A stretch of 64,000 nt of DNA, from the NCBI RefSeq assembly GCF_046119375.1, contig NW_027362943.1, forward strand, positions 806,001 through 870,000, written 5' to 3'. This DNA comes from Phyllobates terribilis. Taxonomy: Eukaryota. Position 1 is the first letter of the stretch, and each line of letters opens with the position of its first letter. The position numbers and the translations under genes are program-made. This document shows positions 35,177 to 47,637 of this stretch, piece by piece. The notes beneath the pieces were generated by a model. The model saw only the letters and a program-made list of their open reading frames with translations, was not told where the DNA came from and did not search any database.

Positions 35177-38100
35177 CTGCCAAGAATAAAACCAATTATT
35201 ATTTTTAAATAAAGTATTCTTGAATTTTATATTTTCTAACATTTGTACTTGAACCAGCTGTAGAAATGGCAAGTTATTTGAAAATATTGAATTATTCACC
35301 AAGTTGATGACAGTTCAATGTCTAATAGAAAACCTCATAGCATGAACCAGTGGAACATGGTGTTAAATTTGTTTGTTTATTCTGCCTCCCAAAGATGGAA
35401 CAAAAAGCCACCAAACAATATTATGTAGGCCAAAATAATACCAATAAAAACTTATAAGCATCTCACAAAAAACAAGTCCCCACTCAGGTCCATCATCTAT
35501 CAATGGAAAAACAGTTTCCTCATTATTAGTGGAGTATAGCAAGGGCATTTCAGACTATAAAATATAACTTTTAATAGATAAATTTAAAATATTTAGTATA
35601 AGACAATTATGACAGAGACAAAGTACACATACTCCCCAGGTCGGAGTAACAACTAAATAAGAGAGTAAAGCACATCACCTGAGTGGCATACCGGACCCTG
35701 GTCAGAAAGGGCAATTTAATAAAGCCTAAATGACACATGGTCTCTGTGAAGCGTCCAACAAGTAAGTGGACAAAATCAAATAAAAATTTTCACCTGAGAT
35801 TAGTGAAGACAGTTATGCTTTATCATGTTGAGACAGCTTAGCCTTCATGGTGCTACACAGTGGGGTCCCCTGATGACTCCGAAAGGAAGAAACGCGTCCG
35901 GACTATAGGGCAAGCACAGGGCTACTGGAGCAGTCTAGATGTGGACTGTCCTTGTTAGGGCAGGAGTAAAGGGGTACAGGGATAGTGCAGTCCATATAGG
36001 GTGTTAATAGGGGCAGAAAAATACGCCTCCCCTGGACTATTGCCTGTCTACCTGCTTCCCCTTCAGGAAACATCTCGTCCTTTTTACCCACTGTGACGTG
36101 AACTACTCCACATATTGGGTGAGGACGTTCCATTACTCTTATTCAATTTTCTAAATGTTATTCTGTATGGATGATAAACGTTTTCTATTGATGATGTCAT
36201 TGCCATAATCTTACCGTATCTATTTTGAATGCATATGAGAAACGTTTTTTCAATCATCCTAAGACGTTTATCCTGTGTTAATAGCAGGATCATCACATTG
36301 ATACTATTTGATTTTTTGAGAAACATCTAATTTTGTCCACTTACTTGTTGGACGCTTCACAGAGACCCTGTGTCATTTAGGCTTTTTTAAAATGACCCTT
36401 TCTGACCAGGGTCCGGTACGCCACTCAGGTGACGTGCTTTACTCTCTTATTTAGTTGTTACTCCGACCTTAGGAGTATGTGTACTTTGTCTCTGTCATAA
36501 TTGTCTTATACTAAATATTTAAAATTTATCTATTAAAAGTTATATTTTATAGTCGGAAATGCCCTTGCTATACTCTCCTGATGACTGGGTATGAGATACA
36601 TATTTGAATATAAATCATAATATTGCTACCTATCATTATTAGTGGCCCAAAGGCTCTTGAAAAGCAACATGGCTTCCAGAAACCAATCCAGCAATATCCA
36701 CTGTCCCAAAGTCAAATCTCCCCGTCGCTTCTGAGCCTTGCAGTGTGCCCAAACCACATTTAGCATCCATGTATGTGGCATTACTATAGTGAGAAGAACC
36801 CACTTAATTTACGGTGTATGTCTCCTGGAGCACAATCTGGGCACTATGTGTTGGGTAATAAAATGGCATATTTGCAATTTTCACTCTCCAACATCCAGTG
36901 CATGCTAATTTCAGGAAAGTGGCTGTGAAGTCAAAATAGTCACTTCTATTCATTGAGGGCTATAATTTCCAAAATGGAGTCACTTTATGGGGAATTATAC
37001 TGCTCTGGTTTTCTGCCATTTTGTCATATTAGGGCTTCTGCAAATTGTGTGTCCCATCTCCTCTGGGATCTGCTCCTGTAATGTCTGCTTCTTTCACCAT
37101 GTGTGGCCTTATTCATTCTGCAGGCGGCGCTGGTAATGGAGGAGACGTCAGAACCAGAAGCTTTGGGCGGCGCTCTGGACAGAGCCTAGCCAGTAAGATT
37201 GGAGTGCCTTGGGCCATTTGTACCATCCAGTCTGGCAATATAGGTGTGTGTACTGTCCAGCTGGAGTAATCTACTCCCTACATCAGCCAACTGGAATGAA
37301 CCACGCCCTACTAAAGCTTGAAGCAAATTGCTGGAAGCTGCCAGATACAGCCTTGTCCTCCTCTGGTTCAGTCCTCTGTGCTCAGTTCACGGCTTGTGTA
37401 TTTGTTTCCTGGTGTATTTTCTCTGCCCTCCTTATTCTGATCTGGCTACCTGACTATTCTTCTTGCCATCTCACACCACAGAACAGCCGGTAACATTGTG
37501 GCCCAAGCATAGGGGTCTCTGTGTAAGTCAAGATCTATGTAGAGAGGTTAAAGGGTGATGGTCAAAACTATGACTATAGACAATAACACATTTACTGAAA
37601 TTATCAAACTCAACAGTCTTCATCAGTAATAAATGAGTAACTAGTGGTGAAACCTCTCTTGGGTAATTGGAGCATGGGGCTTGGTGGCTCTTGGTAATCT
37701 AAAATATTGTAAAGGCCAATATTTTCTATAAGAAGAGTTTCAAGAAAAAATATTAGACATCTAAATAGAACTTTTTATAATAGTACAGATCTGAGGTATC
37801 TTAAATTTAGATCTCGGGCATTTGGAAGAGGCAATGAAGACCTTTTTTTAAAGACTACCAGGGACTTGCAGACTAGTGAGGCCGGCCAATCCCACCACAA
37901 GTCATACAAAATGAAAAACTGTAAACAAATAGATATAGAATAAAAAAACATGTTACATCTCCAACAAGAATGTACACTGGGTACGGAAAGTATTCAGACC
38001 CCTTTAAATTTTTCACTCTTTGTTTCATTGCAACCATTTGGTATATTCTAAAAAGTTCATTTTTTTCTCACTAAAGTACACTCTGCTCCCCATCTTGACT

Positions 38101-41100
38101 GAAAAAAAAACAGAAATGTAGAAATGTTTGCAAATTTATTAAAAAAGAAAAATTGAAATATCATATGGTCATAAGTATTCAGACCCTTTGCTCAGTATTG
38201 AGTAGAAGCCCCCTTTTGTGCTAGTACAGCCATGAGTCTTGGGAATGACACAACAAGTTTTTCACACCTGGATTTGGGGATCCTCTGCCATTCTTCCTTG
38301 CAGATCCTCTCCAGTTCCGTCAGGTTGGATGGTGAACGTTGCTGGACAGCCATTTTCAGGTCTCTCCAGAGATGCTCAATTGGGTTTAGGTCAGGGCTTT
38401 GTCTGGGCCAGTCAAGAATGGTCACAGAGTTGTTCTGAAGCCACTCCTTTGCTATTTTAGCTGTGTGCTTAGGGTCATTGTCTTGTTGGAAGGTGAACCT
38501 TTGGCCAAGTCTGAGGTCCAGAGCACTCTGGAAGAGGTTTTCATCCAGGACATCTCTGTACTTGGCCGCATTCATGTTTCCTTCAATTGCAACCAGTTGT
38601 TCTGTCCCTGCAGCTGAAAAACACCCCCATAGCATGATGCAGCCACCACCATCTTTCACTGTATGGATTGTATTGGGCAGGTGATGAGCAGTGCCTGGTT
38701 TTCTCCACACATACTGCTTAGAATTATCACCAAAAAGTTCTATTTTCGTCTCATCAGACCAGAGAATCTTATTTCTCATAGTCTAGGAGTCCTTCATGTG
38801 TTTTTGAGCAAACGCTATGCGGGCTTTCATATGTCTTGCCCCGAGGAGAGGCTTCCGTCGGGCCACTCTGCCATAAAGGCCCGACTGGTAGAGGGCTGCA
38901 GTGATAGTTGACTTTGTTGAACTTTCTCCCATCTCCCTACTGCATCTCTGGAGCTCAGCCACAGTGATCTTGGGGTTCTTCTTTACCTCTCTCACCAAGG
39001 CTCTTCTCCCACGATTGCTCAGTTTGGTTGGACGGCCAGGTCTAGGAAGACTTCTGGTGGTCCCAAACTTCTTCCATATAAGGATTATGGAAGCCACTGT
39101 GCTCTTAGGAAACTTGAGTAATGCAGAAATTGTTTTGTAACCTTGGTCAGATCTGTGCCTTGCCACAATTCTGTCTCTGAGCTCCTTAGGCAGTTCCATT
39201 GAGCTCATGATTCTCATTTGGTCTGACATGCACTGTGAGCTGTGAGGTATTATATAGACTGGTATGTGCCTTTCCAAATCAAATCCTATCAGTTTAATTA
39301 AACACAGCTGGACTCCAATGAAGGAGTAGAACCATCTCAAGGAGGATCACAAGGAAATGGACAGCATGTGACTTAAATATGAGTGTCTGAGCAAAGGGTC
39401 TGAATACTTATGACCATGTGATATTTCAGTTTTTATTTTTTAATAAATTTGCAAAAATTTCTACAGTTCTTTTTTTTCAGTCAAGATGAGGTACAGAGTG
39501 TACTTTAATGAGAAAAAAAATGATTTTTAGAATTTACCAAATGGCTGCAATGAAACAAATAGTGAAAAATATAAAGGGGTCTGAATACTTTCCGTACCCA
39601 CTGTATGTATTGGCAGAGAACTACAACATTAAACCGGAGTTGCACTCATTTATGGTGGACCATTGGAGTTACTATGAGTTCTGATCAGGAGAGTAGAGAA
39701 AGTATTAGCGCCCCCATTTCAGGAGAGATTGTACAGTAATCTGAATTCCTTAGGATTGAAAACATAATGCAATCTATGACGTGGAGTGAATCCATGAAAC
39801 CAGGACTAAAGCCATGCCAACACATCTCCTGCAGGCGTGAATAAATGTATATTACAGCCAAGTTTGGTCAGAAAGACTGTACCTGGTCTTGAAGGGACCA
39901 TATGAGCACATTTATCAGCACAGAGGGGAGAGAAGGTAGATTCATCCAATAAGATATCATGATTCTAGGAAGCCAACAGCATCATTACCCTCCGCTTTCT
40001 CTTACAGCCCCATCATAATATTTTTCTTCAGTGTGTCAGCACATTGTTTGTACGCTGTCATTTGGTTTTGTAGTTTGTAAGGTTCTAAGTTCTACAGAAA
40101 AGGACCTTCAATGCCCAAAGTCATTTGAACAGTTTTGGGTGGAGGAGAATGTTGTGGTCTAGCGGCAAAATGGTGATCACACGATTGTGATATGGCCGGA
40201 CTACACCACCAATAAAGCAGCCACAGCAGGTGACTCAGACGAATCTGTGACTTCTCTGCATTTAGTGGTTACTACTCACCTGGGTAGTCATATGTGGGAA
40301 TCTCCTCTTTACACTGCTCATCACCCCTCACATATGTCTCTGTAGTATTAATATGGGTCAGATCTTCACCCTGAAAGAAATATGGTCACAGAAATCAGGA
40401 GAAGTCACATCTATGATTAGCTTTAATCCTGCCGTCTCCACCATTCTCATTACACAAGTATAAAACATATAATACTGGAAGATAAAACAAAACTGAACAC
40501 AGTTGTCTAAATATCATAGGAGAGATCTCATGACACGTTTTCTCCATCTACCTGATGATCCTGAGGAACATTGGGATCTTCTTGTTTATAGTCCTGTGGA
40601 AGAAGAGGATGGGAACATCTCTCTGGTGTTGTCGACTTAATGGATAGACCTGTAGGAAACACATACAGGGATTGAATTCATGTTTTACATACACTAAATA
40701 TACATGGCCTAAAATTATTTGTATTACCTGGTGATGTGAGGGGCTGGAGAACCTCCATCATGACGTCCTTGTACACATCTTTGTGTCCTTCTAAATACTC
40801 CCACTCCTCCATGGAGAAATAGACAGCGACATCCTGACACCTTATAGGAACCTGACATAAACAATGATACCATCATCCCACTGATTCCTTCACAGCGTTA
40901 CTTAATAATGTCCTAGCATTCCCAGCAGTGTCACCTCTCCAGTCAGCAGCTCAATCATCTTGTAGGTGAGTTCTAGGATCTTCTGGTCATTGATGTCCTC
41001 ATGTATCAGGGGGTGAGGTGGAGGCCCTGTGATTGGGCTCAGAGGTCTTCCCCATCCCTCAGACACAGGGTCCCAACAGCGCTCACTAGAGGTCTTCTTC

Positions 41101-41321
41101 ACTACTGTGTAATCCTGGTTATGGAGAGACACATTAATTAATCTCACTACAGACATTTCCAGAGTCCTCATCTCTCTAGTTCTGTCCATACGTTATCCCC
41201 ATAGATAAGAATGATGTAATGTGACATAATTCGAATATCTCACCTCTCCAGTAAGCCGGAAGAGGATCTCTAGGGTGAGGTGTAATATTTTTCCTGCCAT
41301 TTTGTCTCTGTCCACATCCAT
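33903..41321 (-). CDS. KRAB-like C2H2 zinc finger protein, gene 2, about 614 aa, 11 intact fingers
   Basis: complement(join(41244..41321,40935..41114,40728..40851,40552..40649,40280..40370,33903..35176)); GT-AG introns; 1845 nt in frame. Confidence 0.9.
35533..36633 (+). mobile_element. Non-autonomous inverted-repeat element with hammerhead motif (probably Penelope-derived)
   Basis: Inverted arms of about 245 bp (35532-35777 / 36329-36575); (T)CATTATTAGTGG duplicated at 35521-35532 and 36634-36645; the paralogous site in gene 1 (about 13017-13028) is empty. Confidence 0.8.
35864..35904 (+). ncRNA. Degenerate minimal hammerhead ribozyme
   Basis: GGTCCC-CTGATGA-CTCC(GAAA)GGAA-GAAA-CGCGT-C-CGGACT. 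Core intact; one mismatch each in stems I and II; palindromic ACGCGT. Confidence 0.62.
37975..39603 (-). mobile_element. Tc1 DD34E transposon in intron 5 of gene 2, near-intact
   Basis: TIRs with TA TSD; same family as the 23973 copy. The two transposase ORF halves are in one frame, split by a single TAG at 38783-38785. Empty TA in gene 1 at 12200-12201. Confidence 0.94.
40280..40370 (-). CDS. Gene 2 coding exon 5 ([30 protein letters not shown])
   Basis: 91 nt; CAG acceptor, GTGAGT donor. Confidence 0.87.
40552..40649 (-). CDS. Gene 2 coding exon 4
   Basis: 98 nt, (G)[32 protein letters not shown]. Confidence 0.86.
40728..40851 (-). CDS. Gene 2 coding exon 3, KRAB-A-like box
   Basis: [34 protein letters not shown], 124 nt. 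Confidence 0.9.
40935..41114 (-). CDS. Gene 2 coding exon 2
   Basis: 180 nt, [24 protein letters not shown]. Confidence 0.87.
41244..41321 (-). CDS. Gene 2 coding exon 1 ([26 protein letters not shown])
   Basis: 78 nt; GAG|GTGAG donor. Confidence 0.83.
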
Positions 41322-42320
41322 CTTTTATGGGTAAATCAGAAAATTCTCTTACATAGAAGATCTTCACTGAGAGGATCCGATATTGTAGGGATATGAATGA
41401 GAAGAAGATGAGCCTATGTAACATCATAAATATCCTGTGTAATAATACAATTACTGAAGATAATGAGGGAAACATATGAGATTTATTATTTTATAGTATT
41501 TAGTTTTCTGCTTTACATCTACTAATAAAAACTATATATTTTAGGCCACAGACAACAAGCAGTTTCTTCCTCAGAGTCTGCAGCTGAACACGTTTCTCAA
41601 AGACTCATCTTACATAAGGCTAATTCTTGTCTCTTTTACCGACACTGGAATCGGCATTAGCAATACTGCAGGAGATATTCATTACATGTGACATGAGAAA
41701 TAACTACTTCATGAGGAGGACGACGACATCTTCATCTTCTACTACGGCTCTAGAAACATATTTGGCCAGAGTCTGTCACTGACTACATCAGCACCGGCCG
41801 TCTATATGAATGTTTCCTGTCTTCTCCGGACCGTAATCTTCTATCACGTTAAATCTCACGTCTGATTCACACACAGAAGTTTGAGGCTTTTTTGTTTGCA
41901 CAAACACCGCGAACAAAATTAATTTGATACCAAAGTCTCCTTGTACAGTGTTTTATGGGGTTTATATCTGGCCTTAGGCTTTCCTATATTACAAGAAATA
42001 CACCAGAAAAAAAACAAACTGGCACCAACAATTATTGTAATAAGAAAAAAACATGCAAAAAGCACAATACAAGTTTTATTATTTTTTAACACATTAAACA
42101 TTTGTTTAAAAAAAACAAAACTCTTTTGGGCACCAGAACATAGATGTACACCGCAGGGATGGCACAGGTGCGGCTGCAACAAAAACCATTGAAGTTTAAC
42201 TGCTTGCTACTGTCAAAAGCAAACATGGCATCTAAGAATGTTTGACAGAGTTCGACTGAATGCCCCTCCTCACCCAAGTACTCGATAGTATGGGGCTGCC
42301 TATTTTCTCTGATACTTATA

Positions 42321-43300
42321 CAGTAGTGTTCAAAATAATAGCAGTGTTTTCAAAAACATGAGTTAAGCACAAAATCTTTCTACTAGCTTTTACTTCCATG
42401 CATTGGGAACATTGCACACTGTTTTCTAATTCAAAACATTTAGAGAAATGTATATAAGTTTTAACTACTTTACAGAAAATAACAAAAAAAGAACATTGGG
42501 CTGTTCTAAAAAAAAATAGCAGTGTCTGTGTTTCGCTCATGCCCAGACTGATTGACGTGAGCGTGGTTTGTGGTCCCACTGGGCCACGAACCGAGGAGTG
42601 CCTGGAAGTTCGTAACTAAGGGTCTCGCCCAATCCGACCCCGGACGCACGGCGGCTCAAAAAACTCCCCGATCCGAGGAGGGACGAGGGAGGTGACCCAG
42701 GTGCCACACCAGGGCAGACCTCGGTCACAGAGCTGTTGACCCACACCGGGGTTTGCAGGAACGGGCAGGTTCAGCTGGTATACAGACATGCAGGTATGGG
42801 GAGCAGAGCAGAGCCACAGGTGCGGATGGGAAGCGGAGCAGAGTAGAGCCACAGGTGCGGACGGGAAGCGGAGCAGAGCAGGGTAGGCGGGAATGCGGCA
42901 GAGCGCAGCCAGGCAAGACAGTGCTCTGTTCACATGGAACAGACAAAGTCAGGAAAGCCTGTACCTGTGTCTTGCGTACTCTGATTAAAAAGTTGATTGG
43001 AGAGGGTAAAACTTATAAAGAAGTGCAGACAATGATAGGCTGTTCAGCTATAATGATCTCTAATGCTTTAAAATGGAAAGTAAAACCAGAGAGAGGTGGA
43101 AGAAAACGGAAGACTACCATTCGAATGGATCGAACAATAGCCAGAATGGCAAAGGCTCAGCCAATGATCAGCTCCAGCTCCAGGATGATCAAAGACAGTC
43201 TCAAGTTTCCTGTGAGTACTGCGACAGTTAGAAGACGCCTGTGTGAAGCTAATCTCTTAGCAAGAAGTCAACGCAAAGTCCCACTGTTAAAAAAAGAAAA
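42321..43300 (+). mobile_element. 5' part of a Tc1 element, interrupted by a GC-rich LTR-like segment (about 42530-42970)
   Basis: TA|CAGTAGTGTTCAAAATAATAGCAGTG terminus; LIKKLIGEGKTYKEVQ..GRKRKTT..TVRRRLCEANL. Confidence 0.75.
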
Positions 43301-44189
43301 AAAGACATGAACTCAAGCAAATACAATTTGCAAAAATTACTTTGTGCCTCAAAATAATACGAAAAAAATCTGCAACTCGTCCCGCAAACAATAAGCCCTC
43401 ATACAGCGCTGTTTGCCAAAAAATAAAAAAGTTACAGTGCTTATTATATTCAGATAAAAAAACTACTTTTTGTAAAAAAAAAACATTTTTACCGTGTGAT
43501 AGCAGCAAAACCTAAAAAAGCACAATATAAATTTGGTATCGCTGTAATCGCACCGACCCGAACAATAAATCCACCTTATCACATATACCACACAGTGAAC
43601 CGTGCAAAAATAAAAATAAGAACTATTCTTGTACTGTTCATTCTACCTCCCAAAAACTGGAATAAGGCTCTGCTCACATCTATCCTGCACACTCCGCTGA
43701 GCACTTAAGTCGGGGTTTCCTTGTAAATTCCCCAAAACCGCGATTCAGATAAAAACACTGACGGAACCACTCACTTATGAGGCAGATGGAGTCACTTTAG
43801 ACTGGTCTGTGTTCCGGCGGCGTCCCACCATTTTAGGGGTCTTTTTAGAGCACAAGTGTGGACGACTACAGATCTGTGCACACCTAAAAAGATGGATGCC
43901 ACCGGAGTAGATGCCAAACGGACTCCAAAGTGTCTCCATTTGCCTCATTATGGTGGGTGGTTCCGTCGGGGGTGTCGTCTGAATTGCATTTTTGTGGGAT
44001 TTACACAGAAACCCCAAGGTAAGTGCTCAGCGTAAAACAAAAGAATGTGATCCCAGCTTTATTCTGGAAGCAATCTAAAAATATTATGTACCCCAAATTG
44101 TTACCAATAAAACCCTAATTTATTCCACACAAAACCCGCCCCCCCTCAGGTCCGTCATCTATCACTGGAAATATAGGGGTTTCCTACGT

Positions 44190-44820
44190 TATTGGCAGAA
44201 CAAACCCCTCAACTGACCTATCCATCAAAGTTAATGATTGCCCGCTCTCCCCAGTAACACAAGCTTGCTGCCTCGGTGTAACCCTGGACACTGATCTCTC
44301 CTTCAAACCACATATCCAAGCCCTCTCCACTTCCAGCCGACTCCAACTCAGAAATATCTCCCGGATCCGCACATTCCTCAGCAAAGACTCTGAAAAAACA
44401 CTAGTGCAAGCCCTCATCATCTCCAGCCTCGACAACTGCAACCTTCTGCTCTCGCACCCCTAACACTCTCGCACCCCTCCAATCTATCCTAAACTCTGCT
44501 GCCCGACTAATCCACCTGTCCCCCCGTTATTCCCCGGCCTCTCCACTCTGTCAATCCCTTCACTGGCTCCCCATTGCCCAGACTCAAGTTTAAGACCCTA
44601 ACCTTGGCATACAAAGCCACCCACAGCCTGTCTCCTCCATACATCTGTGACCTAGTCTGCCGGTACTTACCTGTACGCCACCTCTGATTCTCACAAGATC
44701 TCCTTCTCTACTCCCCTCTTATCTCTTCTTCCCACAATCGCATACAAGACTTCTCCTTTGCATCCCCTCTATTCTGGAACTCTCTACACCAACATATCAG
44801 ACTCTCGCCTACCGCTGAAA
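44190..44820 (+). mobile_element. L2-clade LINE 3' fragment
   Basis: CLGVTLDTDLSFKPHI..LRNISRIRTFL..ALIISSLDNCN..NSAARLI..SLHWLPI. Confidence 0.85.
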
Positions 44821-44821
44821 C

Positions 44822-46395
44822 CAGGGCTGTGGAGTGTGAGTCGGTGCTCATTTTGGTGGAGTCAGAGTCGGTATAAAATGGACCAACTCCGACTCCTAAA
44901 ATATATAATAAATTGGGTACAGTAGTTCAATGCAGAATGTGCTGAATATTTTTTCATAGGAATTTGGGAAAGTTATGAAATGTCCTATAAAATGGCTGTT
45001 CTATTCCTTATCTAAGTCTACATTCACACAGCGTTTTTTGCTGCATTTTTTGAGGATACATTTTTCAGCTGCAAAAGCAGATCAGCTGTATGAAAAACCG
45101 CATCACCTGAAAGTTTTTGAGCTCATAGATAATGTTTTCAATAGCAAAAGCAGATTAGAAAAACGCCGCACAAACTGACATGCTCATTCTTTGTGAGGAT
45201 CCGGTTTTGAGCCCAAAAACGGATCCTCACAAAACGATGTGTCTGAATGTCATATCTTGAAACCCATTGACTTTGCTGGGATGCCCAGAGTCACTGCATT
45301 TTACTGCAAAAAACGAATCCGCAAAAAGGCTGTGTGTGAATCATGGCCGTGGCCAGCGAGGGGCAGGGGGGGGGGGCAGCCCCAAAGCAGGGGCACACAC
45401 CTATCAAAACTCACTTGTATGCTGCAGTGCTCCCGTCCTGCACCGGCTCCAGACTGCAGGGGGCAATCTCCCCTCCTCTGTCCTGTCTTCTGCCGTCTTC
45501 ACCAGAGAGAGGAGGGGGAGGGGTGCCTGCCCTGCACAGGATCCGATTCCTGGGCCCCGAGCTGGATAAAGTGAAAGTACTACTGCTCATCTCTGTCACA
45601 GGAAGGTAACTAATGCTAATATTGTAGGTGATTATTATGTGCTCTCTGTACAATGTGTGAACTATATGTGCGATATGTGCAATGTACTATTTGCTGTCTG
45701 TAGCTATCATCTGTCCATCACACTCTATCTATCCCTCCATGTATTCATCTATCTATCCATCCCTCTATCTATCCATTTCTCTATCCCTCCATCTATCCTT
45801 TCATTTATCCCTTTATCTATCCATCCCTCTATCTATATATCTATCCATCCTTTCATCTATCCCTCCAGCTATCCCTCCAGCTATCCATCCATATGGCTAT
45901 ATATTTATCCATCCATCCATCCTTGTATCTATCCATCCATCCTTGTACCTATCCATCTATCTCTACATCTATCGATCCCTCTATTTACCTATCCATCCCT
46001 CTATCCCACTATCTATCTATCATCCCTCCATCTATCTATCTATCTATCCCTCTATGACTTTATCTATCTATCTATGCATCCATTTATCCATATCTGTCTA
46101 TCCATATCTTATCTATACCAAATGAAGCTCTGACTGAGGTAGCAGTTAGGATGAGCGGCCTACAGGAGGACTGTCAGGCGCAAGAGGACTTGGGTCCTGA
46201 CAGTGCTACTGCTGCCATATCTTCATCCTCATCAGATGAGTTTGACTTTGACAAGTATTTGGACGACATGGAGCAGGCAAAGCTTTGCCGCAAGGAAAAA
46301 GATTTCACTCCGTCTCCTATAGCAAGCAGATTGACCATATTTCAGCAAAATGTTTCACTTGCTCTCAAAGAAATAGAAAAATGTAACCGTTCATC
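44822..46395 (+). mobile_element. hAT-like element fragment with nested MITEs and a microsatellite
   Basis: CAGGGCTGTGGAG terminus; acidic coding-like relic at 46151-46395 (DEFDFDKYLDD..LALKEIEK) tentatively assigned as transposase. Confidence 0.45.
45705..46125. repeat. (CTAT/CCAT)n compound microsatellite
   Basis: Low-complexity tetranucleotide array. Confidence 0.9.
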
Positions 46396-47120
46396 AAGTG
46401 CTCACTATGCATCTAGATAGGTGCCTTGGGGGGTCTAGTTTCCAAAATGGGGTCACTTGTGGGGGAGCTCCAATGTTTGGACACACAGGGACTCTCCAAA
46501 TGCAACATGGTATCCGCTAACAAATTGAATGGAAAATCGGCTCAAATTGTTAGCGGACACCACGTTGCGTTTGGAGAGCCCCTCTGTGCCCAAACTTTGG
46601 AGCTCCCCCACAAGTGACCCCATTTTGGAAACTATACCCCCCAAGGCACCTTTCTAGATGCATAGTGAGCACTTGGAACCCCCAGGTGCTTCACAAATTG
46701 ATTCGTAAAAATGAAAAAGTGAAAAAAAAAACACTTTTTCATTTTTATGAATCAATTTGTGAAGCGCCTGGGGTTCCAAGTGCTCACTATGCATCTAGAT
46801 AGGTGCCTTGGAGGGTCTAGTTTCCAAAATGGGGTCACTTGTGGGGGAGCTCCAAAGTTTGGGCACACAGGGGCTCTCCAAATGCAACATGGCGTCCGCT
46901 AACAATTTGAGCCGATTTTCCATTCAATTTGTTAGCGGACACCATGTCCCGTTTGGAGAGCCCGTGATGTGCCTAAACAGTGGAGCTCCCCCACAAGTGT
47001 CCCCATTTTGGAAACTATACCCCTCAAGGATTTTATTAAGGTGTATAGTGAACATTTTGAACCCAGAGGTACTGCACAGAATTTGTTTACATTAGGTCAT
47101 CATATTGAATAAGTTGTCAT

Positions 47121-47425
47121 TATTCTTGAGCGCAAGTGCTCGCTACTTGAGTTTGCATCGGGTACTCAGGTATGCACCATGTACAGCGTGTGCTCGAGTG
47201 ACATGCTCGAGTCCCTGCTCCGCATGTTTCATGGTTATTAGACACCCAAAAAAAAACATGCGGGGATCGCTCGTGCATGGCAGGCAATCCCCGTAAAGTT
47301 TTTTTGGCCGCGAAGCATATAGGGCAGAGACTCGAGCATGTCACTCAAATACCCACGATACTCAATGCATACCAGAGCACCCGATGCAAACTCAAGTAGC
47401 GAGCACTTGCGCTCGCTCAACACTA
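47121..47425. mobile_element. hAT MITE embedded in the TTAA element (copy 1)
   Basis: Right TIR GCTCGCTCAACACTA; decayed left TIR; flanks GTTGTCAT / GTCGCCAT. Confidence 0.72.
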
Positions 47426-47466
47426 GTCGCCATATCGTCATCTTTTTTTCTTACTTTTGAAAAAAA

Positions 47467-47637
47467 TCCCAACCCCAGCCCTAACCCTAGCACAACCCTA
47501 ACCATAGCACAACCCTAGCCCCAGCACAACCCTAGCCCCAGCACAACCCTAGCCCCAGCACAACCCTAGCCCCAGCACAACCCTAGCCCCAGCACAACCC
47601 TAGCCCCAGCACAACCCTAGCCCCAAACCCAGCCCAA
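47467..47637. repeat. Telomere-like variant repeat (CCCTAA/CCCTAG; 17-bp unit AGCACAACCCTAGCCCC)
   Basis: Seen directly; about 7 near-perfect 17-mers. Confidence 0.85.

Noticed and set aside
45639-46133. 147-164 aa ORFs
   Set aside because: Translation of (CTAT/CCAT)n microsatellite.
47467-47637. True telomere, chromosome-fusion site or CRISPR-like array
   Set aside because: Short variant repeats embedded at the same position in two copies of a repeat family; no unique spacers, and the context is eukaryotic.
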